Notes: a model not told the origin generated them from the letters alone. A DNA stretch of 64,000 nt from an uncultured Nocardioides sp. (GCF_947489365.1 NZ_CANLDB010000007.1:25068-89067); one strand, 5' to 3'. Shown: positions 21,406 through 31,461, counted from the stretch's first letter. Numbers and translations are program-made.

Positions 21406-22431
21406 TCAGTCTGGCAGAGGCCCCTCGTCGTCCTGCGGGGGCTCCGTGCGGCGTCGCAGCGGGCGGCCGTTGACCGTACGGCGCAGGCGCGCGGCCAGCT
21501 CACGGCGCGCGGTGGCCGTCGACTTCTGGCCGATCACCTCGTCGAAGGCCGCGTTGACGGCCGCCCCGATGAGCACCGCGATGGCGAGCAGGTAGAGCCA
21601 CAGGAGCACGGCGATCGGCGCCGACAGGGGACCGTAGACCGAGCGCGACTCGGCGGCAGTCACGGTGAGCACCCACCGCAGCACCGAGGAGCCACCGACC
21701 CACACCAGCAGCGAGAACACGGCGCCGGGGAGGTTGAAGCTCCACTGCGTCCGCACCGGCACCGACACGTGGTACAGCGTGGCGAGGAAGCAGATGCACA
21801 CCACCAGGACCGTCGGCCAGTAGAACATCGCGAGGAACTCGAGCCGCTCGGGCAGCAGGCTGGTCACGAGCCGCGGCCCGGCGACGACCAGCGGGATGCC
21901 GAGCATGCCGGTGAGCAGCCCGAGCAGGTAAAGCCCGAACGACAGCATGCGGGTCGCCACGATCCCGCGCTGCCCGCCGAGCCCGTGCATGATCGTGATG
22001 GTGTCGACGAACACGTTGAGGGCACGCGAGCCCGACCACAGCGCGAGCACGAAGCCGATGGAGATGACGTCGGCGCGGCCGCCGGACAGCACCTCGTCGA
22101 TGGTGGGGGCGATGATCCGGTCGACCGCTGAGTCGGTCAGCGCCTGCGTCGACAGGTCGAGGACCGCCTGACGGACGTCCGTGACCTGGGCCGGCGGGAA
22201 CCGCTCCGAGACGAACCCGATGGCACCGGCGAGCGCGAAGACCAGCGGCGGCAGCGACAGCACCGCGAAGAACGCGGCCTCCCCCGCCAGGCCGGCGACG
22301 CGGTGCCGCAGGCACGACGCGACGGTCACCGTCACCAGGCGGCGGAGCAGGAACAGGGCGCGGGCGCCCCGCCCCTCCCGCGAGTCCTCCCCCGCGGCAG
22401 GCGCGGGCACAGCCCGACCACCTGCACTCAT
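21406..22431 (-). CDS. YihY/virulence factor BrkB family membrane protein
   Basis: LAGEAAFFAVLSLPPL, LWSGSRAL, YGPLSAPIAVLLWLYL...LIGAAVNA. Start re-assigned to ATG 22431. Confidence 0.9.
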   Translation of the reverse strand: MSAGGRAVPAPAAGEDSREGRGARALFLLRRLVTVTVASCLRHRVAGLAGEAAFFAVLSLPPLVFALAGAIGFVSERFPPAQVTDVRQAVLDLSTQALTDSAVDRIIAPTIDEVLSGGRADVISIGFVLALWSGSRALNVFVDTITIMHGLGGQRGIVATRMLSFGLYLLGLLTGMLGIPLVVAGPRLVTSLLPERLEFLAMFYWPTVLVVCICFLATLYHVSVPVRTQWSFNLPGAVFSLLVWVGGSSVLRWVLTVTAAESRSVYGPLSAPIAVLLWLYLLAIAVLIGAAVNAAFDEVIGQKSTATARRELAARLRRTVNGRPLRRRTEPPQDDEGPLPD

Positions 22432-22448
22432 GGACCTACGGTATCCGC

Positions 22449-24137
22449 ATGCACGCCCCCTCCGAGGTCTCCGGCGAGGGCTCCGCGCGCCTCTCGCCGC
22501 GGGTCGCCTCACGCACCGCGCCGAACCAGCCGCCGCCCCTCGTCGGGCACGACGTGGTGTCCGGCGACGCCGCCCTCGTCGACGCCGTACGCCGCCACGC
22601 GCGGGGCTCGGCCGACGACCTGCTGGCCGACCTCGGGCCGCTCGGTCGGCTCGCCGGGTCCGAGCAGGCCCGCGAGCACGGCCGCCTCGCCAACGAGCAC
22701 CCGCCCACGCTGCGGACGGTCGACCGGTACGGCAACCGGGTCGACGAGGTCGAGTTCCACCCCTCCTGGCACTGGCTGATGGAGCGCGGTGTCGGGTTCG
22801 GGCTCGGCGGCACCCCGTGGGCCGCCGCACCGGACGCGCCCGACGCGCACCTGCGCCGCGCGGCCGGCTTCCTGGCCTGGAGCCAGGTCGAGCCGGGTCA
22901 CGCCTGCCCGCTGTCCATGACGTACGCCGCCGTCCCGGCGCTGCGGGCGACCCCGGCGCTGGCCGCGACCTGGGAGCCCGCGCTCACCTCGACGTCGTAC
23001 GACCCGGGGCTGCGCCCGGTCGGCGAGAAGCTGGGCGCGCTGGCCGGGATGGGGATGACCGAGAAGCAGGGCGGCTCCGACGTCCGCGCCACCACGACGA
23101 CCGCGACCCCGGCCGGGGAGCACCACGTCCTCGACGGCCACAAGTGGTTCACCTCGGCGCCGATGAACGACGTGTTCCTCGTGCTGGCGCAGGCGCCGGG
23201 CGGGCTGTCGTGCTTCGTCGTCCCCCGGGTGCTGCCCGACGGGACCCGCAACCCGCTGGAGGTCGTGCGGCTGAAGGACAAGCTCGGCAACCGGTCGAAC
23301 GCCTCCGCGGAGCTCGAGCTCGACGGCACGCACGGGTGGCTGCTCGGCGAGGAGGGCCGCGGTGTCCGCACCATCCTTGCGATGGTCTCGGCGACCCGGC
23401 TGGACTGCGTGCTGGGCTCGGCGGCCCTGGTCCGCCGCTCGGTGGCGGAGGCGTCGTGGCACGTCGCGCACCGCTCGGCCTTCGGGCGCCGGCTGGCCGA
23501 CGCCCCCCTGATGCGCAACGTGGTCGCCGACCTCGCGGTGGAGTCCGAGGCCGCCACCGCGCTCGCGCTGCGGCTCGCCACCGCCGTCGACCGCGACGAC
23601 CCGCTGCTGCGGATCGGGCTGCCGCTGGCGAAGTTCTGGGTGTGCAAGCGCACCCCGGCGGTCGTCGCCGAGGCGCTGGAGTGCCTGGGGGGCAACGGCT
23701 ACGTCGAGGAGTCCGGCATGCCGCTGCTGTTCCGCGAGTCGCCGTTGAACTCGGTGTGGGAGGGCTCCGGCAACGTCAACGCCCTCGACGTGCTGCGGGC
23801 ACTGGGTCGTGAGCCCGCCGCGCTCGACGCCTGGGTCGACGAGGTCGGCCGGGCCCGCGGCGCGGACGCCCGCCTCGACCGGGCGGTCGACGACGTGCTC
23901 GGCCTGCTGGGCGAGCTGCTCGCCGACCCCGTGGGCGCCGAGGGCCTCGCCCGCCGGCTCGCCGGGCGGATGGCCGCCTGCCTGCAGGGGGCGCTGCTCG
24001 TCACCGGCGGGCAGGAGGAGGTGGCCGACGTCTTCTGCGCCTCCCGGCTGGCCCCGACCACCGACGGCACCTTCGGCGCCCTCACCTCGGGCGACCACGC
24101 CGCGATCGTCGAGCGCACCACCCCCGTCGTCGCATGA
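22449..24137 (+). CDS. AidB-like acyl-CoA dehydrogenase
   Basis: NQPPPL start, CPLSMTYA, GMGMTEKQGGSDV, LKDKLGNRSNASAE, ECLGGNGYVEE, NSVWEGSGNVNALD. Confidence 0.92.
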   Translation: MHAPSEVSGEGSARLSPRVASRTAPNQPPPLVGHDVVSGDAALVDAVRRHARGSADDLLADLGPLGRLAGSEQAREHGRLANEHPPTLRTVDRYGNRVDEVEFHPSWHWLMERGVGFGLGGTPWAAAPDAPDAHLRRAAGFLAWSQVEPGHACPLSMTYAAVPALRATPALAATWEPALTSTSYDPGLRPVGEKLGALAGMGMTEKQGGSDVRATTTTATPAGEHHVLDGHKWFTSAPMNDVFLVLAQAPGGLSCFVVPRVLPDGTRNPLEVVRLKDKLGNRSNASAELELDGTHGWLLGEEGRGVRTILAMVSATRLDCVLGSAALVRRSVAEASWHVAHRSAFGRRLADAPLMRNVVADLAVESEAATALALRLATAVDRDDPLLRIGLPLAKFWVCKRTPAVVAEALECLGGNGYVEESGMPLLFRESPLNSVWEGSGNVNALDVLRALGREPAALDAWVDEVGRARGADARLDRAVDDVLGLLGELLADPVGAEGLARRLAGRMAACLQGALLVTGGQEEVADVFCASRLAPTTDGTFGALTSGDHAAIVERTTPVVA

Positions 24138-25132
24138 CCCGCTACCTCGCCCTGCGGGAGCCCTCGGCCAACCACGTCTACACGCGGGCGGCGGGCCGCC
24201 TGGCGTTGGCCGAGCTCGCCCTGCTCTGCCCCGAGGTCACCGACGTGGCCCCGGTCGAGCTCGCGGGCATCCAGTACCTCGGCTTCGACGCCGACGAGGT
24301 GCCCGAGCGGATCGGCCACCACTCCGCGCTCCTCGCCCTGTACGCCCTCGAGGACGGCGACCTGCTGCGGCCGGTGGCCGTCGAGCGGCCCGAGCTGCTG
24401 GACGACGACCTCGTGACCATCCCGAAGTACCCCGGCAAGACCAACGAGCAGTTCACGCGGTTGATGCTGAACCTCGCCCTGGCGGCCGTCCGGCGCCCGC
24501 CGGGGCGCCGCCGGGTGCTCGACCCGATGTGCGGGCGCGGGACGACCCTCACCACCGCGGTCCGCCTCGGCCACGAGGCGGTCGGGGTCGACCGCGACCC
24601 CAAGGCCCTCGACGCGACCGCGGCGTTCCTCAAGACCTACCTGCGGCGCGGCCGGGTCAAGCACACCGCCGACGTCACCCCGATCCGCCGCGACGGCCGG
24701 CGCATCGGCCGCCGGCTCGACGTCGCGCTGACGCCGCCGACCCTGCAGGAGCGGATCTCGCTGGCCCTGCTCGAGGGCGACGGGCGCCGCTCCGACGAGC
24801 TGTGCGGCCGCCGGGGCTTCGACGCGGTCGTCCTCGACGCCCCGTACGGCGTGGTGCACGGCGCCCGCCGCGGCTCCGACGCCGCCGCCCGGGAGCGCTC
24901 CCCCGCCTCGCTGCTGGCCGAGTCCGTGCCGGTCTGGGCCGCACAGCTGCACCGCGGCGGGGCGCTCGCGATCGCCTGGAACACGCACACCATGAGCCGG
25001 GAGGACCTCACGACGACGGTGCGCGAGGCCGGGCTCGAACCGCTGGACAGCGGCCCGTGGCTCGACCTCGCGCACCGGGTGGACTCCTCGATCCACCGCG
25101 ACCTGCTGGTCGCGGTGCGACCTGTGGACTAG
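24134..25132 (+). CDS. TRM11-like amino-methyltransferase (SAM-dependent), target unknown
   Basis: YPGKTNEQFT, motif I VLDPMCGRGTT, motif IV DAPYG. ATGA-coupled to the ACAD. Confidence 0.75.
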   Translation: MTRYLALREPSANHVYTRAAGRLALAELALLCPEVTDVAPVELAGIQYLGFDADEVPERIGHHSALLALYALEDGDLLRPVAVERPELLDDDLVTIPKYPGKTNEQFTRLMLNLALAAVRRPPGRRRVLDPMCGRGTTLTTAVRLGHEAVGVDRDPKALDATAAFLKTYLRRGRVKHTADVTPIRRDGRRIGRRLDVALTPPTLQERISLALLEGDGRRSDELCGRRGFDAVVLDAPYGVVHGARRGSDAAARERSPASLLAESVPVWAAQLHRGGALAIAWNTHTMSREDLTTTVREAGLEPLDSGPWLDLAHRVDSSIHRDLLVAVRPVD

Positions 25133-26529
25133 CTCTTCGCCAGCGTGGGCGTCGTCCCCGTCGTCCGGGTCGGGGCGTCCTCGACCATCGGGGCGTCGTC
25201 GCCGTGGTCGTCGACCATCGTCGACTCGTCGAAGGGCAGGTCGCCCCGCAGGACGCTGTCGAAGCGGGCGCGGTCGATGCCGCCGGTCCAGTGGCCGATG
25301 AGCACCGTGGCGACGGCGTTGCCGGCGAAGTTGGTCAGCGCGCGGGCCTCGGACATGAACCGGTCGATGCCGACGATGAAGCCGACGCCGTCCACCAGGT
25401 CGGGACGGTGGGACTGCAGGCCACCGGCGAGGACGGCCATGCCGGAGCCGGTGACGCCGGCGGCCCCCTTCGCGGCGATCATCATGAACAGCAGCAGGCC
25501 GACCTGCTCACCGATGCTCAGCGGGTCGCCGAGGGCGTCGGCGATGAAGAGCGACGCCATCGTCAGGTAGATCGCGGTGCCGTCGAGGTTGAACGAGTAG
25601 CCGGTCGGGATGACGACGCCGACGGTGGTCTTGTCGATGCCGGCGTGCTCGAGCTTGGCGATCACCCGGGGCAGGGCGGACTCGGACGACGAGGTGGCGA
25701 GGATCAGCAGGAACTCGCGGCCGAGGTACTTCAGCAGGCCGAAGATGCCGACGCCGGTGGCGGCCTTGAGCAGCGTGCCGAGGACGACGAGGACGAACAG
25801 CAGGCAGGTGATGTAGAAGCCGATCATCAACACGCCGAGGCTGGCCAGCGCGCTGACGCCGCCCTGGCCGGTGACGGCGGCGATCGCGCCGAAGGCGCCG
25901 ACGGGGGCCGCCCACATGATCATGGCGAGGACGCGGAAGACGACCTTCTGCAGGTGCCCGATGACGGTCAGGACCGGCTTGCCGGCGCTGCCCATCCGCT
26001 GCAGCGCGAAGCCGACGAGCAGGGCGACGAAGAGGGTCTGCAGGACGCTGCCGGAGGTCAGCGCGGAGAACAGCGAGGTCGGGATGATCCCGAGCAGGAA
26101 CTCGGTGGTGCTGGCGTGGCCGTCCGCGGCCTTGGACTGGCCCTCGGCGGCGAGCTCCGAGGTCAGGTTCAGCCCTGAGCCCGGGTCGAGCAGGTTGCCG
26201 ACGACGAGGCCGATCGCGAGGGCGACGGTGGACATCACGAGGAAGTAGCCGAGCGCCATGCCGCCGACCTTGCCGACCTTGGTCGCGCTGGCCACGGAGC
26301 CGACCCCGAGGACGATCGTGCAGAAGATGACCGGCTGGATCATCATCTTGATCAGGTTGATGAACCCGTCGCCGATCGGCTCGAGCTGCACCGCGAAGCC
26401 CGGTGCGACGAGCCCGACGAGGATGCCCAACGCCACCGCGGCGATGACGGCGAGGTAGAGGGCGTGCGAGGCGCGGGCGGAGGAGCGCTTCGGCTGCCCC
26501 TTCTGCTGCCCCGTGTGCGTGGTGGCCAT
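25129..26529 (-). CDS. dctA: C4-dicarboxylate:cation symporter (DAACS family)
   Basis: FINLIKMMIQPVIFCTIVLG, ILATSSSESALP, GYSFNLDGTAIY, AKGAAGVTG, GIDRFMSEARALTNFAGNAVAT. Start re-assigned to ATG 26529. Confidence 0.93.
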   Translation of the reverse strand: MATTHTGQQKGQPKRSSARASHALYLAVIAAVALGILVGLVAPGFAVQLEPIGDGFINLIKMMIQPVIFCTIVLGVGSVASATKVGKVGGMALGYFLVMSTVALAIGLVVGNLLDPGSGLNLTSELAAEGQSKAADGHASTTEFLLGIIPTSLFSALTSGSVLQTLFVALLVGFALQRMGSAGKPVLTVIGHLQKVVFRVLAMIMWAAPVGAFGAIAAVTGQGGVSALASLGVLMIGFYITCLLFVLVVLGTLLKAATGVGIFGLLKYLGREFLLILATSSSESALPRVIAKLEHAGIDKTTVGVVIPTGYSFNLDGTAIYLTMASLFIADALGDPLSIGEQVGLLLFMMIAAKGAAGVTGSGMAVLAGGLQSHRPDLVDGVGFIVGIDRFMSEARALTNFAGNAVATVLIGHWTGGIDRARFDSVLRGDLPFDESTMVDDHGDDAPMVEDAPTRTTGTTPTLAKS

Positions 26530-26646
26530 GGGTTGTTCCCTTCGTTCGCGACCGCCGCGGACGTGGCGGTCGTCACGCACTCTGGTCGCGGCTGTGAGCC
26601 CGGTCACCCTTGTGGTCGTTGAGTTCGCGGGCGGCATGATGACCCC

Positions 26647-28263
26647 ATGGGCGCCCGGGGCTGGTCGGTCGCACGCCAGGTGCTGCTGCTCCAGGTCGTG
26701 CTGGTCGTGACGACCGTGCTGGTCACCGCCGGCCTCGCGGCGTACGACGCCCAGCGCGACGCCCGCGCCGCCGCGACGGAGCGGGCGGTCGCGGTCGCCC
26801 GCGCCGTGGCCGACTCCCCCGCCGTGACCCAGGCGCTGCGTCGCCCCGACCCGAGCGCGACCCTGCAGCCCTTCGCGGAGTCGGTGCGCACCGACGCCGA
26901 CGTCGACTTCGTGACGATCATGACGACGGAGGGGATCCGGTGGACGCACCCGGACCCCGACCTCATCGGCGAGCGGTTCGTCGGCGACCTCGGCGACGCT
27001 CCGCGGGGCGGCGTCCTCACCCAGGAGTTCGAGGGCACGCTGGGTCCGTCGATGCGGGCCGTCGTGCCTGTCCGCGGCGACGCGGGTCCGGTGGCGCTGG
27101 TGTCGGTCGGGATCACGGTCGAGTCGATCCGACGCAGCCTGGGCGACGACCTCGCGCTCGTCGGCGTCGCTGCGCTCGTCGTCCTCGCCCTCGGCCTGGT
27201 CGGCTCCGCCCTGGTGCACCGACGGGTGCGCCGGCAGACCCACGGGCTGGGCGAGCGGGAGATCACCCGGATGTACGAGTACTACAGTGCCGTCCTGGGC
27301 GCGGTCCGCGAGGGCCTGCTGCTGCTGGACCGGGACGGCCGTGTCCAGCAGGTCAACGCCGAGGCGAGGCGGCTCCTGTCGCTTCCCGAGGACGCCGCGG
27401 GCCGGCCGCTGAGCGACCTCGACCTGCCGCCCGGGCTGGTCGACGCCGCCACCGGCGGGGACACCTCCCCCGACGACCTCTACCTGGTCGGCGACCGGGT
27501 GCTGCTGGTGAGCACGTCGGCGGCCACCTGGCAGGACAGCGAGGTCGGCTCCGTCGTCACCCTGCGCGACCACACCGAGCTGCGGGCAGTGACCGGCGAG
27601 CTGGACGCCGTCCGCGGGCTGACGGAGTCGCTGCGGGCGCAGAGCCACGAGTCGGCCAACCTGCTGCACACCGTGGTGTCCCTGCTGGAGACCGGACGCG
27701 TCGAGGAGGCGGTGGACCTGGTGACCGAGGAGCTGCAGCTGGCGCAGCTGCTCACCGACCAGGTGATCGAGTCCGTCGGGGACCCCGTCGTCGCCGCCCT
27801 GCTGCTCGGCAAGCTCGCCCAGGCGACGGAGCGGGGTGTCGCGCTGGAGGTCTCGGGCGACCTCGGCGCCGGCGGCGAGGTCCCCCGGGAGGTGTCGCGG
27901 GACCTGGTCACCGTGGTCGGCAACCTCGTGGACAACGCCTTCGACGCGGTCTCGGGCGAGGAGACCCGCCGGGTCCGGGTCGAGCTCGGCGGCGCCGAGG
28001 CGGTGCGGGTCGTCGTCGGTGACAACGGGCCCGGGTTCGACGAGGACGCCGTGTCCCACGCGCTCGAGCGGGGCTGGAGCACGAAGGCCGGTGGCGACGC
28101 CGTCGGCCGCGGTCTCGGCCTCGCGCTCGTCGCCGCCGCGGCGCGCCGCCACGGCGGCGAGGTCACCCTGGGCCGCTCCGACCTCGGGGGCGCCCGGATC
28201 GAGGTCGTCATGGCGCCGGCACCGAGCGCCGCGCCCGCCGTCCCGCTGGCGGGCCGGTCGTGA
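26647..28263 (+). CDS. CitA/DcuS-family sensor histidine kinase
   Basis: sCache periplasmic domain (DFVTIM..GIRWTHP), PAS region, LRAQSHE, VGNLVDNAFDA, GWSTK, GRGLGL. Confidence 0.92.
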   Translation: MGARGWSVARQVLLLQVVLVVTTVLVTAGLAAYDAQRDARAAATERAVAVARAVADSPAVTQALRRPDPSATLQPFAESVRTDADVDFVTIMTTEGIRWTHPDPDLIGERFVGDLGDAPRGGVLTQEFEGTLGPSMRAVVPVRGDAGPVALVSVGITVESIRRSLGDDLALVGVAALVVLALGLVGSALVHRRVRRQTHGLGEREITRMYEYYSAVLGAVREGLLLLDRDGRVQQVNAEARRLLSLPEDAAGRPLSDLDLPPGLVDAATGGDTSPDDLYLVGDRVLLVSTSAATWQDSEVGSVVTLRDHTELRAVTGELDAVRGLTESLRAQSHESANLLHTVVSLLETGRVEEAVDLVTEELQLAQLLTDQVIESVGDPVVAALLLGKLAQATERGVALEVSGDLGAGGEVPREVSRDLVTVVGNLVDNAFDAVSGEETRRVRVELGGAEAVRVVVGDNGPGFDEDAVSHALERGWSTKAGGDAVGRGLGLALVAAAARRHGGEVTLGRSDLGGARIEVVMAPAPSAAPAVPLAGRS

Positions 28264-28979
28264 GCGCCGTGAGCGTGCGCGTGCTCGTCGTGGAGGACGA
28301 GCCGATCGCCGCCGAGACCCACGTGTCGTACGTCGGCCGGGTGCCGGGCTTCACCGCCGTCGGCTCCGCGGCGTCGCTCGGCGAGGCGGTGCGGGTGCTC
28401 GAGGCCGAGCAGGCCGCGGGCCGCCCGGTGGACCTGCTGCTCCTCGACCTCCACCTGCCCGACGGGCACGGCCTGGCCCTGCTCACGCGGCTCCGCGCCA
28501 CCGGCCACTGGTGCGACGTCATCGCCGTCACCTCGGCGCGTGACGCGGACGTCGTACGCCGGGCGGTGGCGCAGGGCGTGGCGCTCTACCTGCTGAAGCC
28601 GTTCACCTTCGCGACGTTCCGCTCCAAGCTGCAGCGGTACGCCGAGTACCGCGGCAGCCTCGTCACCGACGGCACGGAGGTGGTGCAGGACGAGATCGAC
28701 CGCGCCTTCGGCACCCTGCGCTCACCGGTCTCGGACGCGCTGCCGAAGGGCATGAGCCCCGAGACGCTGAGTCGGGTCACCGCCGCGGTGCGCGAGGCCG
28801 CCGGTGCAGCCGCCGGGGGCGCTGGGGGCCTGTCGGCCAGCGAGGTCGCCGCCGTCACCGGCGCCTCCCGGGTCACGGCCCGCCGCTACCTCGAGCACCT
28901 CGCCGAGTCGGGCGCCCTCGAGCGCCGCCCCCGCTACGGCGCCGGCCGCCCCGAGCTGGAGTACCGCTGGCGCTCCTGA
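28260..28979 (+). CDS. CitB/DcuR-family response regulator
   Basis: VLVVEDE, LLLDLHLPDG, YLLKPF, GASRVTARRYLEHL...YGAGRPELEY. GTGA-coupled to the kinase. Confidence 0.92.
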   Translation: MSAVSVRVLVVEDEPIAAETHVSYVGRVPGFTAVGSAASLGEAVRVLEAEQAAGRPVDLLLLDLHLPDGHGLALLTRLRATGHWCDVIAVTSARDADVVRRAVAQGVALYLLKPFTFATFRSKLQRYAEYRGSLVTDGTEVVQDEIDRAFGTLRSPVSDALPKGMSPETLSRVTAAVREAAGAAAGGAGGLSASEVAAVTGASRVTARRYLEHLAESGALERRPRYGAGRPELEYRWRS

Positions 28980-29029
28980 CGGCTCCCCCGCTCCTGGGCC
29001 GCTTCGTCCCACGGGCCCCATCTGCCTCA

Positions 29030-29240
29030 GGTTTCACGGGTTGGCTGGTGAAACCCCGACTGGGCTGACGAAGTTTCGTCCGCCAGGTCGGGGTTTCGTA
29101 CGCCCGGCGACGCCGCCGCCGATCCGGCGGTCCCACGAACCTCACGAGCCACACAGGCCCCACGGACCTCGGGGTTTCACCAGCCGGCTGGTGAAACCCC
29201 GACCGGGCCGACGAAACTTCGCCAGCCAGGTCGGGGTTTC
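29030..29240. repeat. Two direct copies of a 68-bp palindromic REP-like element (29030-29097, 29173-29240)
   Basis: Manual alignment gives 58/68 identity. Copy 2 contains a perfect 34-bp palindrome at 29169-29202 (TCGGGGTTTCACCAGCCGGCTGGTGAAACCCCGA). Confidence 0.85.
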
Positions 29241-29287
29241 ATCGCCGGGCGCTCCCGGAGGTCGAGCGGGAGCGACGCGGGCGCGGG

Positions 29288-30730
29288 TCAGGACAGGTCG
29301 ATGCCCGGGTAGAGCGGGTGGGCGTCGAGCAGGTCGGCGGCCTCGGCGCGGACCTTCTCGGCGACGCCGTCGGCCAGGCGGTACGTCGCCTTCGACGGCG
29401 CGCCGGCCTTCGTCGTCCCCGGCTCGGTCTGGGTGAGCACCTGGGTGACGAGCTCGGCGACGGCGTCGAACTCGTCCTTGCCGAAGCCGCGGGTGGTCAG
29501 CGCGGGGCTGCCGAAGCGGATACCGGAGGTGTACCAGGCGCCGTTCGGGTCGGCCGGGACCGAGTTGCGGTTGGTGACGATGCCGGCCTCCAGCAGCGCG
29601 GCCTCGGCCTGGCGGCCGGTGAGGCCGTAGCCGGAGACGTCGAGCAGCACGAGGTGGTTGTCGGTGCCGCCGGTGACGAGCTTCGCGTCGCGGCGGTTGA
29701 ACCCCTCGGCGAGCGACTGGGCGTTGTCGGCGACCTGCTGGGCGTAGGTGCGGAACGAGTCCTGGCGCGCCTCGGCGAACGCGACGGCCTTCGCGGCCAT
29801 GACGTGCGACAGCGGTCCGCCGAGGACCATCGGGCAACCGCGGTCGACGCTGGGCGCGTACTCCTCGGTGGCCAGCACCATGCCGCCGCGCGGGCCGCGC
29901 AGCGACTTGTGGGTCGTGGTCGTGACGAGGTGGGCGTGCGGCACCGGGTCCTCGTTCCCGGTGAACACCTTGCCGGCCACGAGGCCGGCGAAGTGCGCCA
30001 TGTCGACCATGAGGGTGGCGCCGACCTCGTCGGCGATCTCGCGCATCTTCGCGAAGTCCACGCGGCGCGGGTACGCGGAGTAGCCGGCGACGAGCACCAG
30101 CGGCTTGAACTCGCGGGCCTTGGCCGCGACGGCGTCGTAGTCGAGCAGGCCCGTCTCCGGGTCCGTGCCGTACTGCTGCTGGTGGAACATCTTCCCGGAG
30201 ATGTTCGGGCGGAAGCCGTGGGTGAGGTGGCCACCGGCGTCGAGGCTCATGCCGAGCAGGCGCTGCTCGCCGAACTTCCGGCGCAGCGTCTCCCAGTCGG
30301 CCTCGGAGAGCTCGTTCACGTTCTTCAGACCAGCGTCGGCCAGCGTGGGCTGCTCGATGCGGTGGGCCAGGATCGACCAGAAGGCGACGAGGTTGGCGTC
30401 GATGCCCGAGTGCGGCTGGACGTAGGCGTACTCGGCCCCGAACAGCTCACGGGCGTGCTCGGCGGCGAGCGACTCGACGGTGTCGACGTTCTGGCAACCG
30501 GCGTAGAAGCGGTGGCCGACCGTGCCCTCGGCGTACTTGTCGGAGAACCAGGTGCCCATCGTCATCAGCACGGCGGGCGAGGCGTAGTTCTCCGAGGCGA
30601 TGAGCTTCAGCGACCCCCGCTGGTCGGCGAGCTCGGCGCGGGTGGCCTCGGCGATCCGCGGCTCGACGGAGGCAATCACCTCCAGCGCCTGGGAGTACGC
30701 GGAGCTGGTCAGGGCGTTCACGTCGGCCAT
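29288..30730 (-). CDS. glyA: Serine hydroxymethyltransferase
   Basis: [62 protein letters not shown]. Start ATG 30730 is preceded by TACGCT-N7. Confidence 0.97.
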   Translation of the reverse strand: MADVNALTSSAYSQALEVIASVEPRIAEATRAELADQRGSLKLIASENYASPAVLMTMGTWFSDKYAEGTVGHRFYAGCQNVDTVESLAAEHARELFGAEYAYVQPHSGIDANLVAFWSILAHRIEQPTLADAGLKNVNELSEADWETLRRKFGEQRLLGMSLDAGGHLTHGFRPNISGKMFHQQQYGTDPETGLLDYDAVAAKAREFKPLVLVAGYSAYPRRVDFAKMREIADEVGATLMVDMAHFAGLVAGKVFTGNEDPVPHAHLVTTTTHKSLRGPRGGMVLATEEYAPSVDRGCPMVLGGPLSHVMAAKAVAFAEARQDSFRTYAQQVADNAQSLAEGFNRRDAKLVTGGTDNHLVLLDVSGYGLTGRQAEAALLEAGIVTNRNSVPADPNGAWYTSGIRFGSPALTTRGFGKDEFDAVAELVTQVLTQTEPGTTKAGAPSKATYRLADGVAEKVRAEAADLLDAHPLYPGIDLS

Positions 30731-30808
30731 GGCTCCCAGCGTAGGTCCACGCCGGCCCTGGGCGGGAGTCGTGGGTTTCCCCTGGGGTCCCGCGGGCATC
30801 GTGTCGGC

Positions 30809-31243
30809 ATGCCGACCGCACCTCGTGCCCTCCTCCCGGTGGCGTCCGCTGCCGCCGGCGCGGCACTCCTCGTCTCGTGCAGCAGCGCCCCGCCGGAGCT
30901 CTCGGAGGCCATGGAGGCCGTCTGTGACGAGGGCACGATCTCCGAGCCGGAGCCCTACCCCTACCCCGACTCCGAGCCCGAGGACTGGGCCGAGCCGGTG
31001 GAGGAGCTGCGCTGCGACCACAGCGAGCTCACCCTGTCCGGTGACGTGTACGACGAGGATCCGTCGGACCGCCTGCAGGGCGTGTCCGACAGCGTGGAGT
31101 CCGGCGACGGGGGCGACTACTGGACGGCTGTCGCCGAGGGCGACGGACGGTGGGTCGTCGTGAGCTTCAGCGCGGCGCCGAGCGACGAGGACCCGGAGTT
31201 CCTCGACCCGCTGAAGGACATGGGCTTCGAGGTCGACGAGTGA
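30809..31243 (+). CDS. Small acidic lipoprotein
   Basis: [24 protein letters not shown] with lipobox LVSC. It is the 3' part of track ORF 29318..31243. Confidence 0.75.
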   Translation: MPTAPRALLPVASAAAGAALLVSCSSAPPELSEAMEAVCDEGTISEPEPYPYPDSEPEDWAEPVEELRCDHSELTLSGDVYDEDPSDRLQGVSDSVESGDGGDYWTAVAEGDGRWVVVSFSAAPSDEDPEFLDPLKDMGFEVDE

Positions 31244-31365
31244 CGGCGAGACGGTCCCGCGGCCGTGAGGTCCTCCCCCTGGACGACGGGGAGGCCGACA
31301 TGCGCTTGCTCGAACCGCTTGAGGACGACGGGTGGGAGATCGGTCTCGGGTACCCGGAGGAGTGA
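31240..31365 (+). pseudogene. Possible remnant paralogous to the lipoprotein C-terminus, or a 21-aa small ORF from ATG 31300
   Basis: Reads ...[26 protein letters not shown] versus the lipoprotein end [19 protein letters not shown]. Confidence 0.3.
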
Positions 31366-31383
31366 GTCGTCGCAGGGCGCCGT

Positions 31384-31433
31384 GTCCACATGATGGACTC
31401 GCCGTCCGCATCATGAGATCTCAAGTTGTGAGC
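31384..31433. promoter_or_regulatory. Three 15-bp 5-5-5 operator-like boxes upstream of the sulfite reductase operon
   Basis: GTCCA-catga-TGGAC (31384-98, perfect), GTCCG-catca-TGAGA (31404-18), TCTCA-agttg-TGAGC (31419-33). Confidence 0.55.
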
Positions 31434-31461
31434 ACGGTGTCCGGAGGGTGAGACTGACTCC

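Noticed and set aside
26530-26646. GGTCR repeats between dctA and the CitA-type kinase as regulator sites
   Set aside because: Spacing is irregular (16, 18, 12 bp) and the motif is too short for GC-rich DNA.
28990-29287. CRISPR-like array
   Set aside because: Only two degenerate 68-bp repeats, no regular unique spacers and no cas genes.
30731-30808. Possible ZMP/ZTP riboswitch upstream of glyA
   Set aside because: Only 78 bp separate glyA from a divergent gene, the start looks leaderless, and no riboswitch motif was recognised.
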